64,000 nucleotides of DNA from Gammaproteobacteria bacterium (GTDB lineage Bacteria > Pseudomonadota > Gammaproteobacteria > CBDBBL01): positions 40,971 to 104,970 of the forward strand of contig CBDBBL010000001.1 of the NCBI GenBank assembly GCA_965203125.1, read 5' to 3'. Shown here in pieces: positions 42,392 through 53,674 of this stretch (the stretch's first letter is position 1; every line of letters starts with the position of its first letter). A model generated the notes under the pieces. That model made no database searches. It was not told the origin of the DNA and saw nothing but the letters and a program-made list of their open reading frames with translations. The position numbers and the translations under genes were made by a program.

Positions 42392-43665
42392 CAAATTTCA
42401 AAAACATACATCAAGCATTCAACACGCTTTCTCAGGGAAAAATGATCTTGTTAATTGATGATGACGATCGTGAAAATGAAGGTGACTTAGTCATCGCGGC
42501 AGAATATGCAGATACAGCGGCTATTAATTTTATGGCACAATATGGTCGAGGACTGATCTGTTTAAGCATGACACCACAACAAGTCAGGAAACTGCAATTA
42601 CCCATGATGACACCACATAATCAAAACAACTCAGGACAAGCTAACTTATCAACACCATTTACCCACTCAATTGAAGCAAAAGTTGGGGTAACAACAGGCA
42701 TTAGTGCAGCAGATAGAGCAAGAACTGTTGCGGCTGCAATTTCAGAAAACAGTACACACCACGACATATCGTCTCCAGGTCATATTTTTCCTTTACGCGC
42801 CCACCCACATGGAGTTCTTGGTAGGGCAGGCCATACTGAAGCGAGCGTTGATTTGGCACGTTTAGCAAAATTGACCCCAGCAGCAGTAATTTGTGAAGTT
42901 ATGAATAAAGATGGTAGCATGGCACGTGAAAAGGCACTGAAAGCATTTGCCAACAAACACCACTTGCCCATCGTGCATATCCGTGAATTAATTGAATACC
43001 GTCTCTTTCATGAAAATTGGGTCACACTGGAAAGTAGCACGACATTACCCACTAAAGAACATGGTAACTTCACCCTCCACGCCTTTTGCAATCAACTAGA
43101 CAACCACACCCATATTGCACTACAAAAAGGCAACTTTACTTCTAAAGAACCTACACTGACTAGGTTACATTCATCTTGTATCACAGGTGACGTCTTTCAA
43201 TCATTGCGTTGTGACTGCGGCGACCAATTAGCTCAAGCAATGCAACTTATACAAGAAAACCAACATGGAATCATTCTATATCTCAACCAAGAAGGTCGGG
43301 GGATTGGGCTCGTGGAAAAAATAAAAGCATATGCTCTGCAAGAAGAAGGAATGAACACAGTTGAAGCCAACCAGGCACTTGGGTTCAAAGCAGATTTAAG
43401 AAATTATGCAGTCGCAGCACATATTTTAAAAACACTCGGCACTACAAACATTAATTTACTCACAAACAATCCCAATAAGATCAGCGCACTACAATCATAC
43501 GGAATTATTGTCGGCAGTCACACCCCACTCATAACACAACCTAACCCACATAACATTGCTTACTTATCCACTAAGCGTGATCAACTCAAGCACTACTTAC
43601 CTAAATCACTTAAAGGAGAACCTCATGAAAACCATACAGGCTCAACCCACTCAAAGCCCACCTAA
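42388..43665 (+). CDS. ribBA: bifunctional 3,4-dihydroxy-2-butanone-4-phosphate synthase / GTP cyclohydrolase II
   Basis: A DHBP synthase N-domain (RENEGDLV) and a GCHII C-domain (CxxGDVFQSLRCDCG). Confidence 0.9.
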   Translation: MTNFKNIHQAFNTLSQGKMILLIDDDDRENEGDLVIAAEYADTAAINFMAQYGRGLICLSMTPQQVRKLQLPMMTPHNQNNSGQANLSTPFTHSIEAKVGVTTGISAADRARTVAAAISENSTHHDISSPGHIFPLRAHPHGVLGRAGHTEASVDLARLAKLTPAAVICEVMNKDGSMAREKALKAFANKHHLPIVHIRELIEYRLFHENWVTLESSTTLPTKEHGNFTLHAFCNQLDNHTHIALQKGNFTSKEPTLTRLHSSCITGDVFQSLRCDCGDQLAQAMQLIQENQHGIILYLNQEGRGIGLVEKIKAYALQEEGMNTVEANQALGFKADLRNYAVAAHILKTLGTTNINLLTNNPNKISALQSYGIIVGSHTPLITQPNPHNIAYLSTKRDQLKHYLPKSLKGEPHENHTGSTHSKPT

Positions 43666-44119
43666 AGTTGCTATTATTGTAAGTAACTTTAATCTAGACA
43701 TCACCAAAGAATTACTTTCAGGAGGGCTAAGTTATCTTGAGAACCATAATATCCCCAGCACAAACATTCAGGTCATTCACGTTCCTGGTGCTATCGAAAT
43801 CCCACTGATTGCTCAAAAACTGGCAAAGCGCCATCACTATCATGCCATCATCTGTTTTGGAGCTATCATTCGAGGTGAAACCACTCATTATGATTTAGTA
43901 TGCAACCAAGTCAGTCATGGCTGCCAGCAAGTCATGCTTACCTATGAAACACCCATTGTGTTTGGTATATTGACTACAGAAAATAGCAAACAAGCATATG
44001 ATCGGCTGGGTGGGCAACATGGACACAAAGGTAAAGATGCCGCAAAAACCGCATTAGCCATGATTTCCATTTCCCAACAAATTAACGAAACAACTCCCCT
44101 AAAAACACAGGAGGTTTAG
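43625..44119 (+). CDS. ribH: 6,7-dimethyl-8-ribityllumazine synthase; likely start at MKTIQAQ
   Basis: Contains AIIVSNFN...HVPGAIEIPL. Confidence 0.85.
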   Translation: MKTIQAQPTQSPPKVAIIVSNFNLDITKELLSGGLSYLENHNIPSTNIQVIHVPGAIEIPLIAQKLAKRHHYHAIICFGAIIRGETTHYDLVCNQVSHGCQQVMLTYETPIVFGILTTENSKQAYDRLGGQHGHKGKDAAKTALAMISISQQINETTPLKTQEV

Positions 44120-44156
44120 CATCATGAAACTACCAGTGCCTAGAGCGGATTAAACT

Positions 44157-45023
44157 CTATTTTGCTAACGCATCCAGTGTCAGTTCGATTAGCTCCAACA
44201 AGTGTTGTTGATACTTTCCATTAAATAGTCCTGTCACTCGATTTGCACCTAAAACATTAACGGCACCACATTGATGTCCCAACAACTGCCCTAGCCCAAA
44301 GATAGCCGCTGTTTCCATTTCAAAATTAGTCACTTGGTATTGATCAAAGCAAAAAGAAGCAGCTTGATCAATTAAATTATCAACCTTTGGTTTCAACCTT
44401 AAACGTCGCCCTTGTGGCGCATAAAACCCCGCACAAGTTAATGTAATACCCTGGGTAACAAAAGAATTAACTTTTTGTAGCAAATCGATAGAGCCAGACG
44501 TCACTGTTGCAGGTACATCTTGTGAATTAATTTTTTGATGCTGATGAAATGCATCGCTTATCTCACCCATCCCCTCTATATCATCATAGAAATGTAATAA
44601 CCCAGCTAAATCAATGGCATACCGTGATGCAACAAATTGATCAAATGACAAAGATTCCTGCAATCCACCACAAGTGCCAATACGAATAATTTCAAGTGAC
44701 TGATGGGTTTCTTTAATTTCACGACGCTGTAAATCAACATTCACTAACGCATCTAATTCATTCAACACAATGTCAATCGACCCAACACCCATACCTGTTG
44801 AGATCACTGTAATTCGCTCGCCCTTATACACCCCAGTATGAGTCACGATTTCACGATTGGATCGTTCAACTTCAATTCGATCGAAAAACTGTGATACCAT
44901 TGAAACTCGCTGAGGGTCTCCGACCGTAATCACCTTATGTGCTAACTCTTCTGGACGTAAGTTTAAATGATAAATACTCCCATCAGGATTAACAATTAAC
45001 TCAGACTCGCTTAAATGTGACAT
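44157..45023 (-). CDS. PNP/UDP-family nucleoside phosphorylase-like protein
   Basis: PNP_UDP_1-like motifs (IGTCGGL, EMETAAIFG); 288 aa. The substrate is not assignable. Confidence 0.45.
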   Translation of the reverse strand: MSHLSESELIVNPDGSIYHLNLRPEELAHKVITVGDPQRVSMVSQFFDRIEVERSNREIVTHTGVYKGERITVISTGMGVGSIDIVLNELDALVNVDLQRREIKETHQSLEIIRIGTCGGLQESLSFDQFVASRYAIDLAGLLHFYDDIEGMGEISDAFHQHQKINSQDVPATVTSGSIDLLQKVNSFVTQGITLTCAGFYAPQGRRLRLKPKVDNLIDQAASFCFDQYQVTNFEMETAAIFGLGQLLGHQCGAVNVLGANRVTGLFNGKYQQHLLELIELTLDALAK

Positions 45024-45138
45024 AGATTCCCTTCCTAGCTATACTCAATAACCAATTCAATTGAAAATGCCGAGTTTTCAACTGAATTGGCTATAAAGTC
45101 GAAAAATAATCAGAAATTATACGCGATCACCTCAACAC

Positions 45139-45801
45139 ATGCCAACCTTTGACAAAACCCACTTTGAATATGATCACCAACAACGACTTCAGGTGACCTT
45201 ACCAGAAAAGAAGCAAATTATGATCGACTTCCTCAGTGGGAAAGTTAACCATCGCTGGCGCTATGGTGGTGGGAAAAACCAACTCCTTGCGAAAGCCTGT
45301 GGTCTTAAAAACCAGAAGAATCAAAAGGAACCTCTCAGCATTCTAGATGCAACAGCAGGATTTGGTGAGGATGGCGTTATTCTCGCCTCGCTAGGGTGTC
45401 AAATGACACTATTAGAGCGATCACCTATCATAGCTAGACTCCTCATAGATGCCACCAATAGACTGCTGCAACAGGAACCTTCAATGCAGATCACAGTCAT
45501 CGCAATCGATGCATTCACTCACATCAAGACCCTTAAACCGTCAATGCTACCCGATATTATTTATCTAGACCCCATGTTTCCAGAACGAAAAAAGTCTGCC
45601 TTGGTCAAAGCACCGATGCGCCTATTAAAAACCATAGTTGGAGAAGATCAAGACGCTGATCAGTTACTACCACTGGCAATGCAGTTTGCAAAAAAACGTG
45701 TGGTTGTCAAACGCCCAAAGTTAGCTCCTCAACTGAATCAAGCCTCACCAAATATTACTTATACTGGTAAAAGCTGTCGATTTGATGTGTATCTAATATA
45801 G
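45139..45801 (+). CDS. rsmJ: 16S rRNA (guanine1516-N2)-methyltransferase RsmJ-like
   Basis: ILDATAGFGEDGVILASLGCQMTLLERSPI...YLDPMFPERKKSA matches the YhiQ/RsmJ family. Confidence 0.6.
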   Translation: MPTFDKTHFEYDHQQRLQVTLPEKKQIMIDFLSGKVNHRWRYGGGKNQLLAKACGLKNQKNQKEPLSILDATAGFGEDGVILASLGCQMTLLERSPIIARLLIDATNRLLQQEPSMQITVIAIDAFTHIKTLKPSMLPDIIYLDPMFPERKKSALVKAPMRLLKTIVGEDQDADQLLPLAMQFAKKRVVVKRPKLAPQLNQASPNITYTGKSCRFDVYLI

Positions 45802-46072
45802 TATAGCGTTCGGGCTGCGGAAGAGTTGAGCTGTTTGATAGATATAAGAAGAAATTATCTTAAAAAGTTGTCTAAGGATGAGTATCAAGAATTACTTAAA
45901 TAACGTAACAGATTCTTCTTTAGGCTTCGTTAATCATTGGAAAAGAGTAATGTACAAGGCATTAGTAAGTGATGGTGATTTTTGTAAGTTTACTTTCTAA
46001 GCACAAATTCCGTTTTTCCGCTTGTTGCTTGAATTCAGGTCGAATAGGGGTTTTGAGAATATTTCTATGCTA

Positions 46073-46420
46073 TCAAACGGCAAATACTTGTTGTAGTTCA
46101 TTGTTTGTAGGCTCTAAAACAACCTTGAATGGTAGCTTTTCTTTGTTGAGCATGCCCTGCAAGCTTAGGCGGACAAATTGATCTGTAGAGTACCCCAAAG
46201 TGTTTGCATAATCTGATGCTTTACGTGGGCTTACGGTTTTCCTTCCATGCTCAAGGTCGCAGAGAAATTGTTTGGATACGCCCAGTTTTTTGGCCATTTC
46301 AACTTGGGTAAGTTCTTCACCTTTGCGAATCGATGAAATAAACGAACCAATTGTCAAAGGACTCCCAGCAGTCTTTTCAAGAAAAGAAAGGACTTTTTGG
46401 TTTTGTTTGCTAATACTCAT
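46073..46420 (-). CDS. HigA-like XRE-family antitoxin
   Basis: An HTH (LTQVEMAKKLGVSKQFLCDLEHGRK). It overlaps the upstream toxin gene by 11 nt. Confidence 0.6.
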   Translation of the reverse strand: MSISKQNQKVLSFLEKTAGSPLTIGSFISSIRKGEELTQVEMAKKLGVSKQFLCDLEHGRKTVSPRKASDYANTLGYSTDQFVRLSLQGMLNKEKLPFKVVLEPTNNELQQVFAV

Positions 46421-46595
46421 GCTTGCTTACCTCCACAATTTCAATAATTGTTAATTGACCGTCTTCGTTGATTTCATATATCGCTCGATAGGCCTTTGAG
46501 AGTCGTATTGAGCGATGTCCTTTCCATTTTCCCTTTAGAGGCTCATCATGATACCCAGGTATTTTTCTGGTTTCTTCTAAAGAAGAATTTAACAC
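46410..46595 (-). CDS. RelE/ParE (HigB-like) type II toxin
   Basis: A 61-aa ORF. The KGKWKGHRSIRLSKAYRAIYEINEDGQLTIIEIVEV pattern is typical of RelE-fold mRNA interferases. Confidence 0.6.
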   Translation of the reverse strand: MLNSSLEETRKIPGYHDEPLKGKWKGHRSIRLSKAYRAIYEINEDGQLTIIEIVEVSKHEY

Positions 46596-46983
46596 ATCTT
46601 CATCCAGCCTTGAAGTTTCGTCACTATGTGACTAGGTGCTTTCGTTAGAGCTTTCTTGGCTGATCGGCTCAATTTGAAAAGAATGTTGTTCATTAGCCTA
46701 TGGTACACTTTTTACGTGTACCACACAAGAGCTGTTGATTTAAGCGGCAGTTAGGCCTAATGGTCCGGAAGCTGCGCTGAGGGGCAAAATCGGCTAAACA
46801 GGAAAATCATTTTCAAATGCTGTTGATACAATGGCAGGAATTGAACTCCACCGTATGCTCAAAAAAGGACAGATGAAAAACTCTGATGGGATGACTGTTT
46901 GGGAGCAATTTTATTCGCTTGCAGCATGATTGCGTCCTAGATATAGTCACATCGTCACCTCAGCATATTTTTGCGACAGAACC

Positions 46984-48705
46984 TTACTTAGCAGGATGTT
47001 TGAAAAGGTTAAATACATGACCCTTGTTAACAAATAAATTATCTAATCCTGACTGAATATTACCTGCGCCGATAGGTACACTCATTGTGCCAACTACAGA
47101 TATCACCGAATGATTCAGGTTGATTTTAGGATTGCTGTCAGTCAATGGTTGATTATCAACACCTGTCGCTTTAGCAAGTGAAGTGACATTGATGTTGCAA
47201 CTATTGAGTGTAATTTCGTTGCTGGCATCTGATCCTTGTTGGTTGGATTGATAAACACCCATTGCTTTGGCATTCGATTCATTCGGCATTGCATTGATTG
47301 GGGTGATGCTACAGTTGTTCAAAGTTAGTGTTGCACCGTTATTGGCATTTAACCCCGTTGCTTTATTGGAAAGACTATAGCTACTTAAGAAGCAATTATT
47401 CAAGACAGCAGTTGCTTGATTAGTGGTATAAAGCGCATAAGCGTTGCCCAATGAACCATTTAAATTGGCATGAATATTACAGTGATCAATCACATGATCA
47501 TAGTTAGGAGCTAATGAATTAAACTTAGGCTCGCCTGTAATCTTAATACCGCTCACATCGCTGGATTCAGTGGCAGTTGAAGTCACCACGATTTGATTAT
47601 CTTTCAGATACCAATGAGAATCAGCGGATAAATCAATCCCTGTGATGGCTGGATCATGTACTTCGCCACTATCAGCTAAAATAACTTGTGTATTCTGAAT
47701 CAAAGCAACAGCATGTGATTGCACTAAAATGCCTGTAGCAAAGCCATCTCTGCCTGCGTTGACTTCTTCACCATCGATCACCACGTGCTGAATTCTTGCT
47801 AATGCACCTTGCTTGTTAGATGCAGTAACCGTAATCGCTGGGTTATCCTGATCATTCCCCGTGATTTTCAACCCTTGTAAGACGGCCATTGGCTCATCAT
47901 TTGTACCCCCTGCATTGTTATCACTCAAATGAATTTGATCGATATCGATAATCGGGCATTGTGTTAATGTGGCATTACTTTGGAAGTCGGCACTGCGTCC
48001 ATAGAGACTTTGATCATCAATAGTCAGAGGTTGATCCAGTTGATAACTGAGCCGAGTGTTCTGACCATTAACACCCTGAATAAAGATATTCGCTTCTTTA
48101 GGTGCACTCTGAACAGCTTGTGCGATACTATGATAAGGATGCTCATATGTTCCATTATCTTGATCTGATGCTTGGTGAATGGTTGTAGCACTAGGGGTGA
48201 CAAAATACAGGTTAGTAAATGGTCTATCACCTGATTGCAACCAGTTGCTGTGTCCTTGAAAAACTGTTGAACCATGATAATAATCAACGGTTACCTTATC
48301 ACCGCCTGATTTTTTGATGGTATGGTCTAGTGCTTTAAAAACACCTTTCTTTTGTACTTCAACCTCAATAGTGCGTTGATAGTTGGGTAAAGCATTCGCC
48401 TGATATTTAATTTGGAAAACCTGTCCTTTTCCACCGTGACCACTACAGTTTTGGATATCAATCGTTTGGCTTGGTTGGATGGATAGTTCAACACGGCCGT
48501 TTTGGTCAGGTGTATTACGCCAGTTAACGTGTCGATGATCACCACCCAAAGCAGAGCCTGAGAAGTATAAACATGCATAATGATGCTTACCTGTTGAATT
48601 GGTCATCTGAATGGTTAGATTATTGTCAGCAAAGCTATGAGAAAAGCTTGTGCCAATTAATAAAATAAATCCTAAAAGTCGAATAAGTAATGATTTCATG
48701 AGCAT
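46984..48705 (-). CDS. secreted right-handed beta-helix protein (573 aa), related to the passenger region of the 21-30 kb family
   Basis: It has a signal peptide. NLYFVTPSATTIHQASDQDNGTYEHPYHSIAQAV is similar to NIYFVKSGAATGGDGSYDHPFSNI. Multiple N..S.I beta-helix rungs are present. Confidence 0.5.
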   Translation of the reverse strand: MLMKSLLIRLLGFILLIGTSFSHSFADNNLTIQMTNSTGKHHYACLYFSGSALGGDHRHVNWRNTPDQNGRVELSIQPSQTIDIQNCSGHGGKGQVFQIKYQANALPNYQRTIEVEVQKKGVFKALDHTIKKSGGDKVTVDYYHGSTVFQGHSNWLQSGDRPFTNLYFVTPSATTIHQASDQDNGTYEHPYHSIAQAVQSAPKEANIFIQGVNGQNTRLSYQLDQPLTIDDQSLYGRSADFQSNATLTQCPIIDIDQIHLSDNNAGGTNDEPMAVLQGLKITGNDQDNPAITVTASNKQGALARIQHVVIDGEEVNAGRDGFATGILVQSHAVALIQNTQVILADSGEVHDPAITGIDLSADSHWYLKDNQIVVTSTATESSDVSGIKITGEPKFNSLAPNYDHVIDHCNIHANLNGSLGNAYALYTTNQATAVLNNCFLSSYSLSNKATGLNANNGATLTLNNCSITPINAMPNESNAKAMGVYQSNQQGSDASNEITLNSCNINVTSLAKATGVDNQPLTDSNPKINLNHSVISVVGTMSVPIGAGNIQSGLDNLFVNKGHVFNLFKHPAK

Positions 48706-48859
48706 CTCCCCAATATTTCATGAATGATATTAATGGTAGCCATAGGTAAGCACTATTGTGTTAATACACGAGGCATCCACTCTAAAATAAAGCCTGTTGC
48801 CGTATTAACAGGATAAGTCTTAATGGTAAAGATAACATATTGATACCTACTCCTTTTGC

Positions 48860-49333
48860 TTATATTGTGAATGTTGTTGATTGTAATGAAGAAGCGTTAG
48901 AATCAGTGCAGGTTAAAATAGAAACGCTGTCACCAGATGAAATTACTCCATAGTGTCCAAAATCACTTACACAGTCGCTTGAACCTACTATGAAGGTTCC
49001 TGCAGCCGCATTTCCTGTATATGGATTTTTAATATTAGCCGCGATATATGACTGAATAGCTGTTACGGCATTTGAGGCTGTTAAGGAAGAGCATGGTTGG
49101 TTTGAATCGACGTATGTGCCACTTTTATCAACTTTGCATTTATATAATTCTGCTTCAGCAAAAGATACTAAACGACTATAGTTGACTAGAACTGTATTCT
49201 TTTCGCTTGCTTCTGTGTAGTTATTGTAGCTGGTGATAGCTATAGTTGCTAAAATAGCAATTATTGCAATAACTACCAAAAGCTCTACTAGAGAAAACCC
49301 ATAAGAAAAGCAGTATCTAGTTTTTGACTTCAT
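48860..49333 (-). CDS. type IV pilin
   Basis: The N-terminus GFSLVELLVVIAIIAILA is the class III signal / N-methylation motif. A C-terminal disulfide loop is present. Confidence 0.8.
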   Translation of the reverse strand: MKSKTRYCFSYGFSLVELLVVIAIIAILATIAITSYNNYTEASEKNTVLVNYSRLVSFAEAELYKCKVDKSGTYVDSNQPCSSLTASNAVTAIQSYIAANIKNPYTGNAAAGTFIVGSSDCVSDFGHYGVISSGDSVSILTCTDSNASSLQSTTFTI

Positions 49334-49357
49334 ATTTAATCCTTTATCTATTTTACG

Positions 49358-50032
49358 TTAGCTAGTATACAATATATTATTAAGGTCAACTTTACAACTA
49401 TAAGTATCTCCAGTCATACTTGTCAAAAGATGACTATCAGGGGTAATGAAGCGAGGAAACATCTCACTGGTATTATTCCTCTTGTATAGCATGTTACTAG
49501 AAATTATTGAATATGATGCATTTTTAGTTATGCTAGCGTCGCCGGTAGGTAGTGTGTTTCCATATACTGATAACCAAGGGGTGACAATGTTAGCTGTAGT
49601 TTCCCTTGAGTCATCACCATTGATATATGTAAGGTCGCTAGCAGTTGACGACGATGCGCTTTTAAATTCCATTAAGTGATTTGTAAAGTTAGTGGAAGTG
49701 TCCGCTTCGTTGCCAACGTGTAATGAGCACCTAAAAACAATGGTTGCAGAGGCTATATTATTCAAGTTTATATGAGATAATGTATTGTTAAACGAAGTTG
49801 TATTACAAGAAGTACCATTACAAGTAATATCTGGCAAGCTAATAGTTCTTGAGCCAAGGCCATTGTTAACAACATTAACATCTGCTCCAATGCATGGTGC
49901 AAAATCAGCGGTTAAGCTGCCATTTCCATTGTATGAACTTGGTTTTTGGAGGCGATCTTGTAAAGTCTCAGCATGAGAAGCAACTGTCAGAACGCTTGCT
50001 AAAGCAATTGCGATTGAGATATTTTTTTTCAT
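49358..50032 (-). CDS. secreted protein of unknown function (Asn/Ser/Thr-rich)
   Basis: Signal peptide MKKNISIAIALASVLTVASHA; 224 aa. Confidence 0.4.
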   Translation of the reverse strand: MKKNISIAIALASVLTVASHAETLQDRLQKPSSYNGNGSLTADFAPCIGADVNVVNNGLGSRTISLPDITCNGTSCNTTSFNNTLSHINLNNIASATIVFRCSLHVGNEADTSTNFTNHLMEFKSASSSTASDLTYINGDDSRETTANIVTPWLSVYGNTLPTGDASITKNASYSIISSNMLYKRNNTSEMFPRFITPDSHLLTSMTGDTYSCKVDLNNILYTS

Positions 50033-50075
50033 TACTAACTCCTAGTAGTTTATTCGTTATAGTTAAAATTTGTAT

Positions 50076-50230
50076 TAGTGTATAGGTTCAAGTGGGTTGA
50101 GACAAAAGAACACCTCGAGAATGATGCTTATCAATGTAAGCTAAAGGAGTTAAATCTGCAAGTGAAGGCTTGGCATAAAACTCTTCTCTAAAAATGCGGT
50201 TACCTCTTTCAACGTCTCCATTTTTCTTCG
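50076..50230 (-). mobile_element. IS481-family 3'-end remnant (inverted, with an internal deletion)
   Basis: gtgtataggttcaagtgggttgagacaaa...cacctcgagaat... is the reverse complement of the IS right end (27300-27425), with a deletion between short repeats. Confidence 0.6.
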
Positions 50231-50317
50231 CAACAACACTTTTCTCGTGTCTTATTTTACCCAATTATAACCTATCGGTTACAATTGGGTTACTTGCGAT
50301 AACGACTTTAATCTGCC

Positions 50318-51793
50318 CTAATTCACTTTATACTTAAAGGCTAAATCTAACTCACGAGCAGCTTTGACATCATCCAAACGCTTAACTGGCATCTTTTGAG
50401 GAGCCTGCTTAATCTTGCTAATATCCTCCTTCGCTTCCTGCAGAATCTTAACCATACTATCAACAAAAGCATCCAGTGTTGCCTTTGACTCAGTTTCAGT
50501 CGGCTCAATCAATAAGCACTCTGGAATCAATAGAGGAAAATAAACCGTCGGTGCGTGCATATGATCATCCAGCAAGCGTTTTGCCAAATCTGTTGCCGTT
50601 AGCTGATAAGTTTTTGCTTCTGACTTTAAGGTCACAATGAACTCATGTGTTGCACGACGCTGCGGAAATGCCAACGTGAAGCCAGCAGCTTGTAATTGTG
50701 TCTGCAAGTAGTTGGCATTCAACACCGCAAATTCTGCTACGCGATGCATCCCCTCTTTACCGAGCATCGCAGCATAAATATAAGCACGCAGTAAAATACC
50801 CACATTACCCATAAAGGTTGACAGTTGTCCTATACTCTGTGGCTTATCTGCTATCGTCAACCAATCATATTTTTCATCTTTAATACCGACTTGTGGCACT
50901 GGTAGAAAAGGTGCTAAGCGCGCATTCGCGGCGACTGGACCTGCACCTGGCCCACCGCCACCATGGGGAGTTGCAAAGGTTTTATGTAAATTCAAATGCA
51001 TGACATCAAAACCCATCTCCCCTGGCTTCACTTTCCCTAAAATAGCATTTAAGTTTGCGCCATCATAATATAACAGCCCACCTGCCTGATGAATGGTTTT
51101 TGCCACTTCAACAATCTGACGTTCAAAAACACCACAAGTTGATGGATTAGTTAACATGATTCCTGCTGTTTTTTCTCCACAGGCAGCCTTGAGTGCAGAC
51201 AAATCAATATCACCATTCTCTTTTGTTGGTATTTCTTTAACCTTAAACCCGCACATCACGGCTGTTGCGGGATTAGTACCATGTGCCGCATCTGGAACTA
51301 AAAATTCATCTCTGTTCATATCACCTCGAGATTGGTGATATGCTTTAATCATCGAAACACCTGAGAACTCCCCTTGGGCACCCGCCATAGGACTCAAGGA
51401 AACCGCATCCATCCCAGTGATCTCTGCAATCATGCACTGCAGTTCATATAAACAGTGCAGTACACCTTGGCTATGCAGAATAGATTGATAAGGATGGCGA
51501 TTCTTAAATCCATCCAACAGCGCCAATTGATGTGCAATCTTGGGGTTATACTTCATCGTGCACGAACCCAGCGGATAAAACTGCCCATCAATCGAGAAAT
51601 TTTGCTGAGACAAACGTGTAAAGTGCCTCACAACATCTAACTCAGACATTTGCGCTAATCTTAAAACATCTTGACGTAGTAGTGATGAGTCTAAATCACA
51701 AAAAACATCTTCTGACACGATACCATTGGCTAAACGCAACTCGCTGGATTTTTCAAAAATGGTACTCATCTTTCCTGCTCCATATTCGTCCAC
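50318..51793 (-). CDS. gcvPB: glycine dehydrogenase (decarboxylating) subunit 2
   Basis: A 491-aa ORF with a PLP-binding region. It overlaps gcvPA. Confidence 0.9.
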   Translation of the reverse strand: MDEYGAGKMSTIFEKSSELRLANGIVSEDVFCDLDSSLLRQDVLRLAQMSELDVVRHFTRLSQQNFSIDGQFYPLGSCTMKYNPKIAHQLALLDGFKNRHPYQSILHSQGVLHCLYELQCMIAEITGMDAVSLSPMAGAQGEFSGVSMIKAYHQSRGDMNRDEFLVPDAAHGTNPATAVMCGFKVKEIPTKENGDIDLSALKAACGEKTAGIMLTNPSTCGVFERQIVEVAKTIHQAGGLLYYDGANLNAILGKVKPGEMGFDVMHLNLHKTFATPHGGGGPGAGPVAANARLAPFLPVPQVGIKDEKYDWLTIADKPQSIGQLSTFMGNVGILLRAYIYAAMLGKEGMHRVAEFAVLNANYLQTQLQAAGFTLAFPQRRATHEFIVTLKSEAKTYQLTATDLAKRLLDDHMHAPTVYFPLLIPECLLIEPTETESKATLDAFVDSMVKILQEAKEDISKIKQAPQKMPVKRLDDVKAARELDLAFKYKVN

Positions 51794-53124
51794 ACATCAA
51801 CAAGCCTTTGAATGTCATCTGTTGTTTTAGTTTCAGTTACACAGGTTAGTATCTGATTCTTCAAACTGGGATAATCTGCACTCAAATCAAATCCAGCTTC
51901 AATTTTTTGTGATTGCATTGCCTGCAACTGAGACGATAAATGATCACTTCCATCCAGCACAACCTCATGAAAGAAAGGCGCGGTAAAACGCCGCTTAATC
52001 CCTTTTTTTGCTAGCGCATTGACTAATGCTTGGGTTTGCTGATGAGATATTTTAGCGATACGTTTCAAACCCTCACCACCGAGCAAGCTCATAAAAATAG
52101 TGGCTGCTGTCACGAGCAATCCTTGATTGGTACAAATATTCGACTTTGCTTTTCCACGACGAATATGCTGCTCTCTTGCCTGCAAGGTTAAAGTAAATCC
52201 TTCCTTGCCATCTAGATCAACAGTTTTACCAACTAAGCGTCCTGGCAACTGTCTAACCTGTGACATACGACAGCCCATAAAACCAAAATAAGGACCACCT
52301 GATGATAAAGGAACGCCCAGTGGCTGCCCCTCGCCACAGACAATATCTGCACCATCATGCCCCCATTGACCTGGCGGCTTTAACAACGCCATTGCGATTG
52401 GGTTGACCACAGCAATTGCCATCGCATGATGAGCATGCGCCCAATTGGTTAGACCATCAACATCGTCAATCACTCCAAAAAAATTCGGCTGCGGAATGAC
52501 GACAGCAGCAACATTTTGATCTTCATAAGCAGATAGCGTTGTTTGATCAAAGCGTCCACTCTCAGCACAAAACGGAATCAAGCTACAACGAATATTCTGA
52601 TGAGAGACTATCGACTCTATGACCTTTCGATAACTCGGGTGCAAAGTTTCTGGTACCAGAACATGCTTTTCTTTGACTTTTTTATTGCAACGGATTGCCA
52701 TTAGAATCGCTTCAGCAACCGCAGAAGCACCATCATACATCGAGGCATTAACAACATCCATTGCCAACAGTTCGGACATCATCGATTGGTATTCATAAAT
52801 AATCTGCAGTGTTCCCTGCGAGGCTTCTGCTTGGTAGGGGGTATAAGCCGTCATCAATTCACCACGGCTTGCCAACGCCCACACAGCTGCGGGAATATAA
52901 TGCTCATAGGCGCCCGCACCTAAGAAACTAAGCTCAACCTCATCTTGTTTCGCATAATTACTCATGACACGATTAATCGCCTGTTCTTTTAATCCTGTTG
53001 GCAAATCAAGTGTTTTTGCACGGATTTCCGCTGGAATCTCATCAAACAGGTCTTCAATCGATGTAACACCTATCGCAGCCAACATGGACTGTATCTCTTG
53101 TGAGGTATGTGGAACAAATGGCAT
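51766..53124 (-). CDS. gcvPA: glycine dehydrogenase (decarboxylating) subunit 1
   Basis: A 452-aa ORF; the split P-protein arrangement. Confidence 0.9.
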   Translation of the reverse strand: MPFVPHTSQEIQSMLAAIGVTSIEDLFDEIPAEIRAKTLDLPTGLKEQAINRVMSNYAKQDEVELSFLGAGAYEHYIPAAVWALASRGELMTAYTPYQAEASQGTLQIIYEYQSMMSELLAMDVVNASMYDGASAVAEAILMAIRCNKKVKEKHVLVPETLHPSYRKVIESIVSHQNIRCSLIPFCAESGRFDQTTLSAYEDQNVAAVVIPQPNFFGVIDDVDGLTNWAHAHHAMAIAVVNPIAMALLKPPGQWGHDGADIVCGEGQPLGVPLSSGGPYFGFMGCRMSQVRQLPGRLVGKTVDLDGKEGFTLTLQAREQHIRRGKAKSNICTNQGLLVTAATIFMSLLGGEGLKRIAKISHQQTQALVNALAKKGIKRRFTAPFFHEVVLDGSDHLSSQLQAMQSQKIEAGFDLSADYPSLKNQILTCVTETKTTDDIQRLVDVWTNMEQER

Positions 53125-53128
53125 CGTG

Positions 53129-53536
53129 TTAGCTCTCTTCAGTAGTCATGGCTTGATACTTCTCTGCAGATAGCAAACCTTCCAACGCATCAATGTTCGT
53201 CACTTTTAAGCGAAATAACCAACCATCCCCATATGGATCAGCATTGGCAGTTTGAGGCTCATTTTCCACACGGCTGTTCACTTCAACCACTTCACCCTCC
53301 AAAGGACAATAAACATCTGATGCAGATTTAACCGATTCAACCACCGCAATTTCATCACCATCAGTGAAGCAACTACCTATTTCTGGCAGCTCAATGTAAA
53401 CTAAATCACCTAATAAACACTGTGCATGGTCACTAATTCCAACCGCAACAATATAGTCATCATCATGGTTTTGTCCTTCGTTACGCACCCACTCATGGGT
53501 TTCAGCATATCTTAAATCACTTGGGATATTGCTCAT
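53129..53536 (-). CDS. gcvH: glycine cleavage system H protein
   Basis: The lipoyl-lysine motif VESVKSASDVY is present; 135 aa. Confidence 0.9.
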   Translation of the reverse strand: MSNIPSDLRYAETHEWVRNEGQNHDDDYIVAVGISDHAQCLLGDLVYIELPEIGSCFTDGDEIAVVESVKSASDVYCPLEGEVVEVNSRVENEPQTANADPYGDGWLFRLKVTNIDALEGLLSAEKYQAMTTEES

Positions 53537-53551
53537 TTTCCTTCCTTATTT

Positions 53552-53674
53552 ATGCACAAGAAATAGCGTTTTTCTGTGCGTATCAATAAAACATGCACAA
53601 GAAATAGCGTTTTTCTGTGCATATCAATAAAACATGCACAAGAAATGGCATTTTTCTGTGCATATCAATAAAAC
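53552..53674. repeat. three tandem 41-bp repeats, each containing the palindrome GCACAAGAAA-n7-TTTCTGTGC
   Basis: The units are 53552-53592, 53593-53633 and 53634-53674. They are 38/41 or more identical. The last unit overlaps the Fic stop codon. Confidence 0.8.

Noticed and set aside
53552-53674. CRISPR array
   Set aside because: Three contiguous 41-bp repeats with no spacers, and no cas genes in the window.
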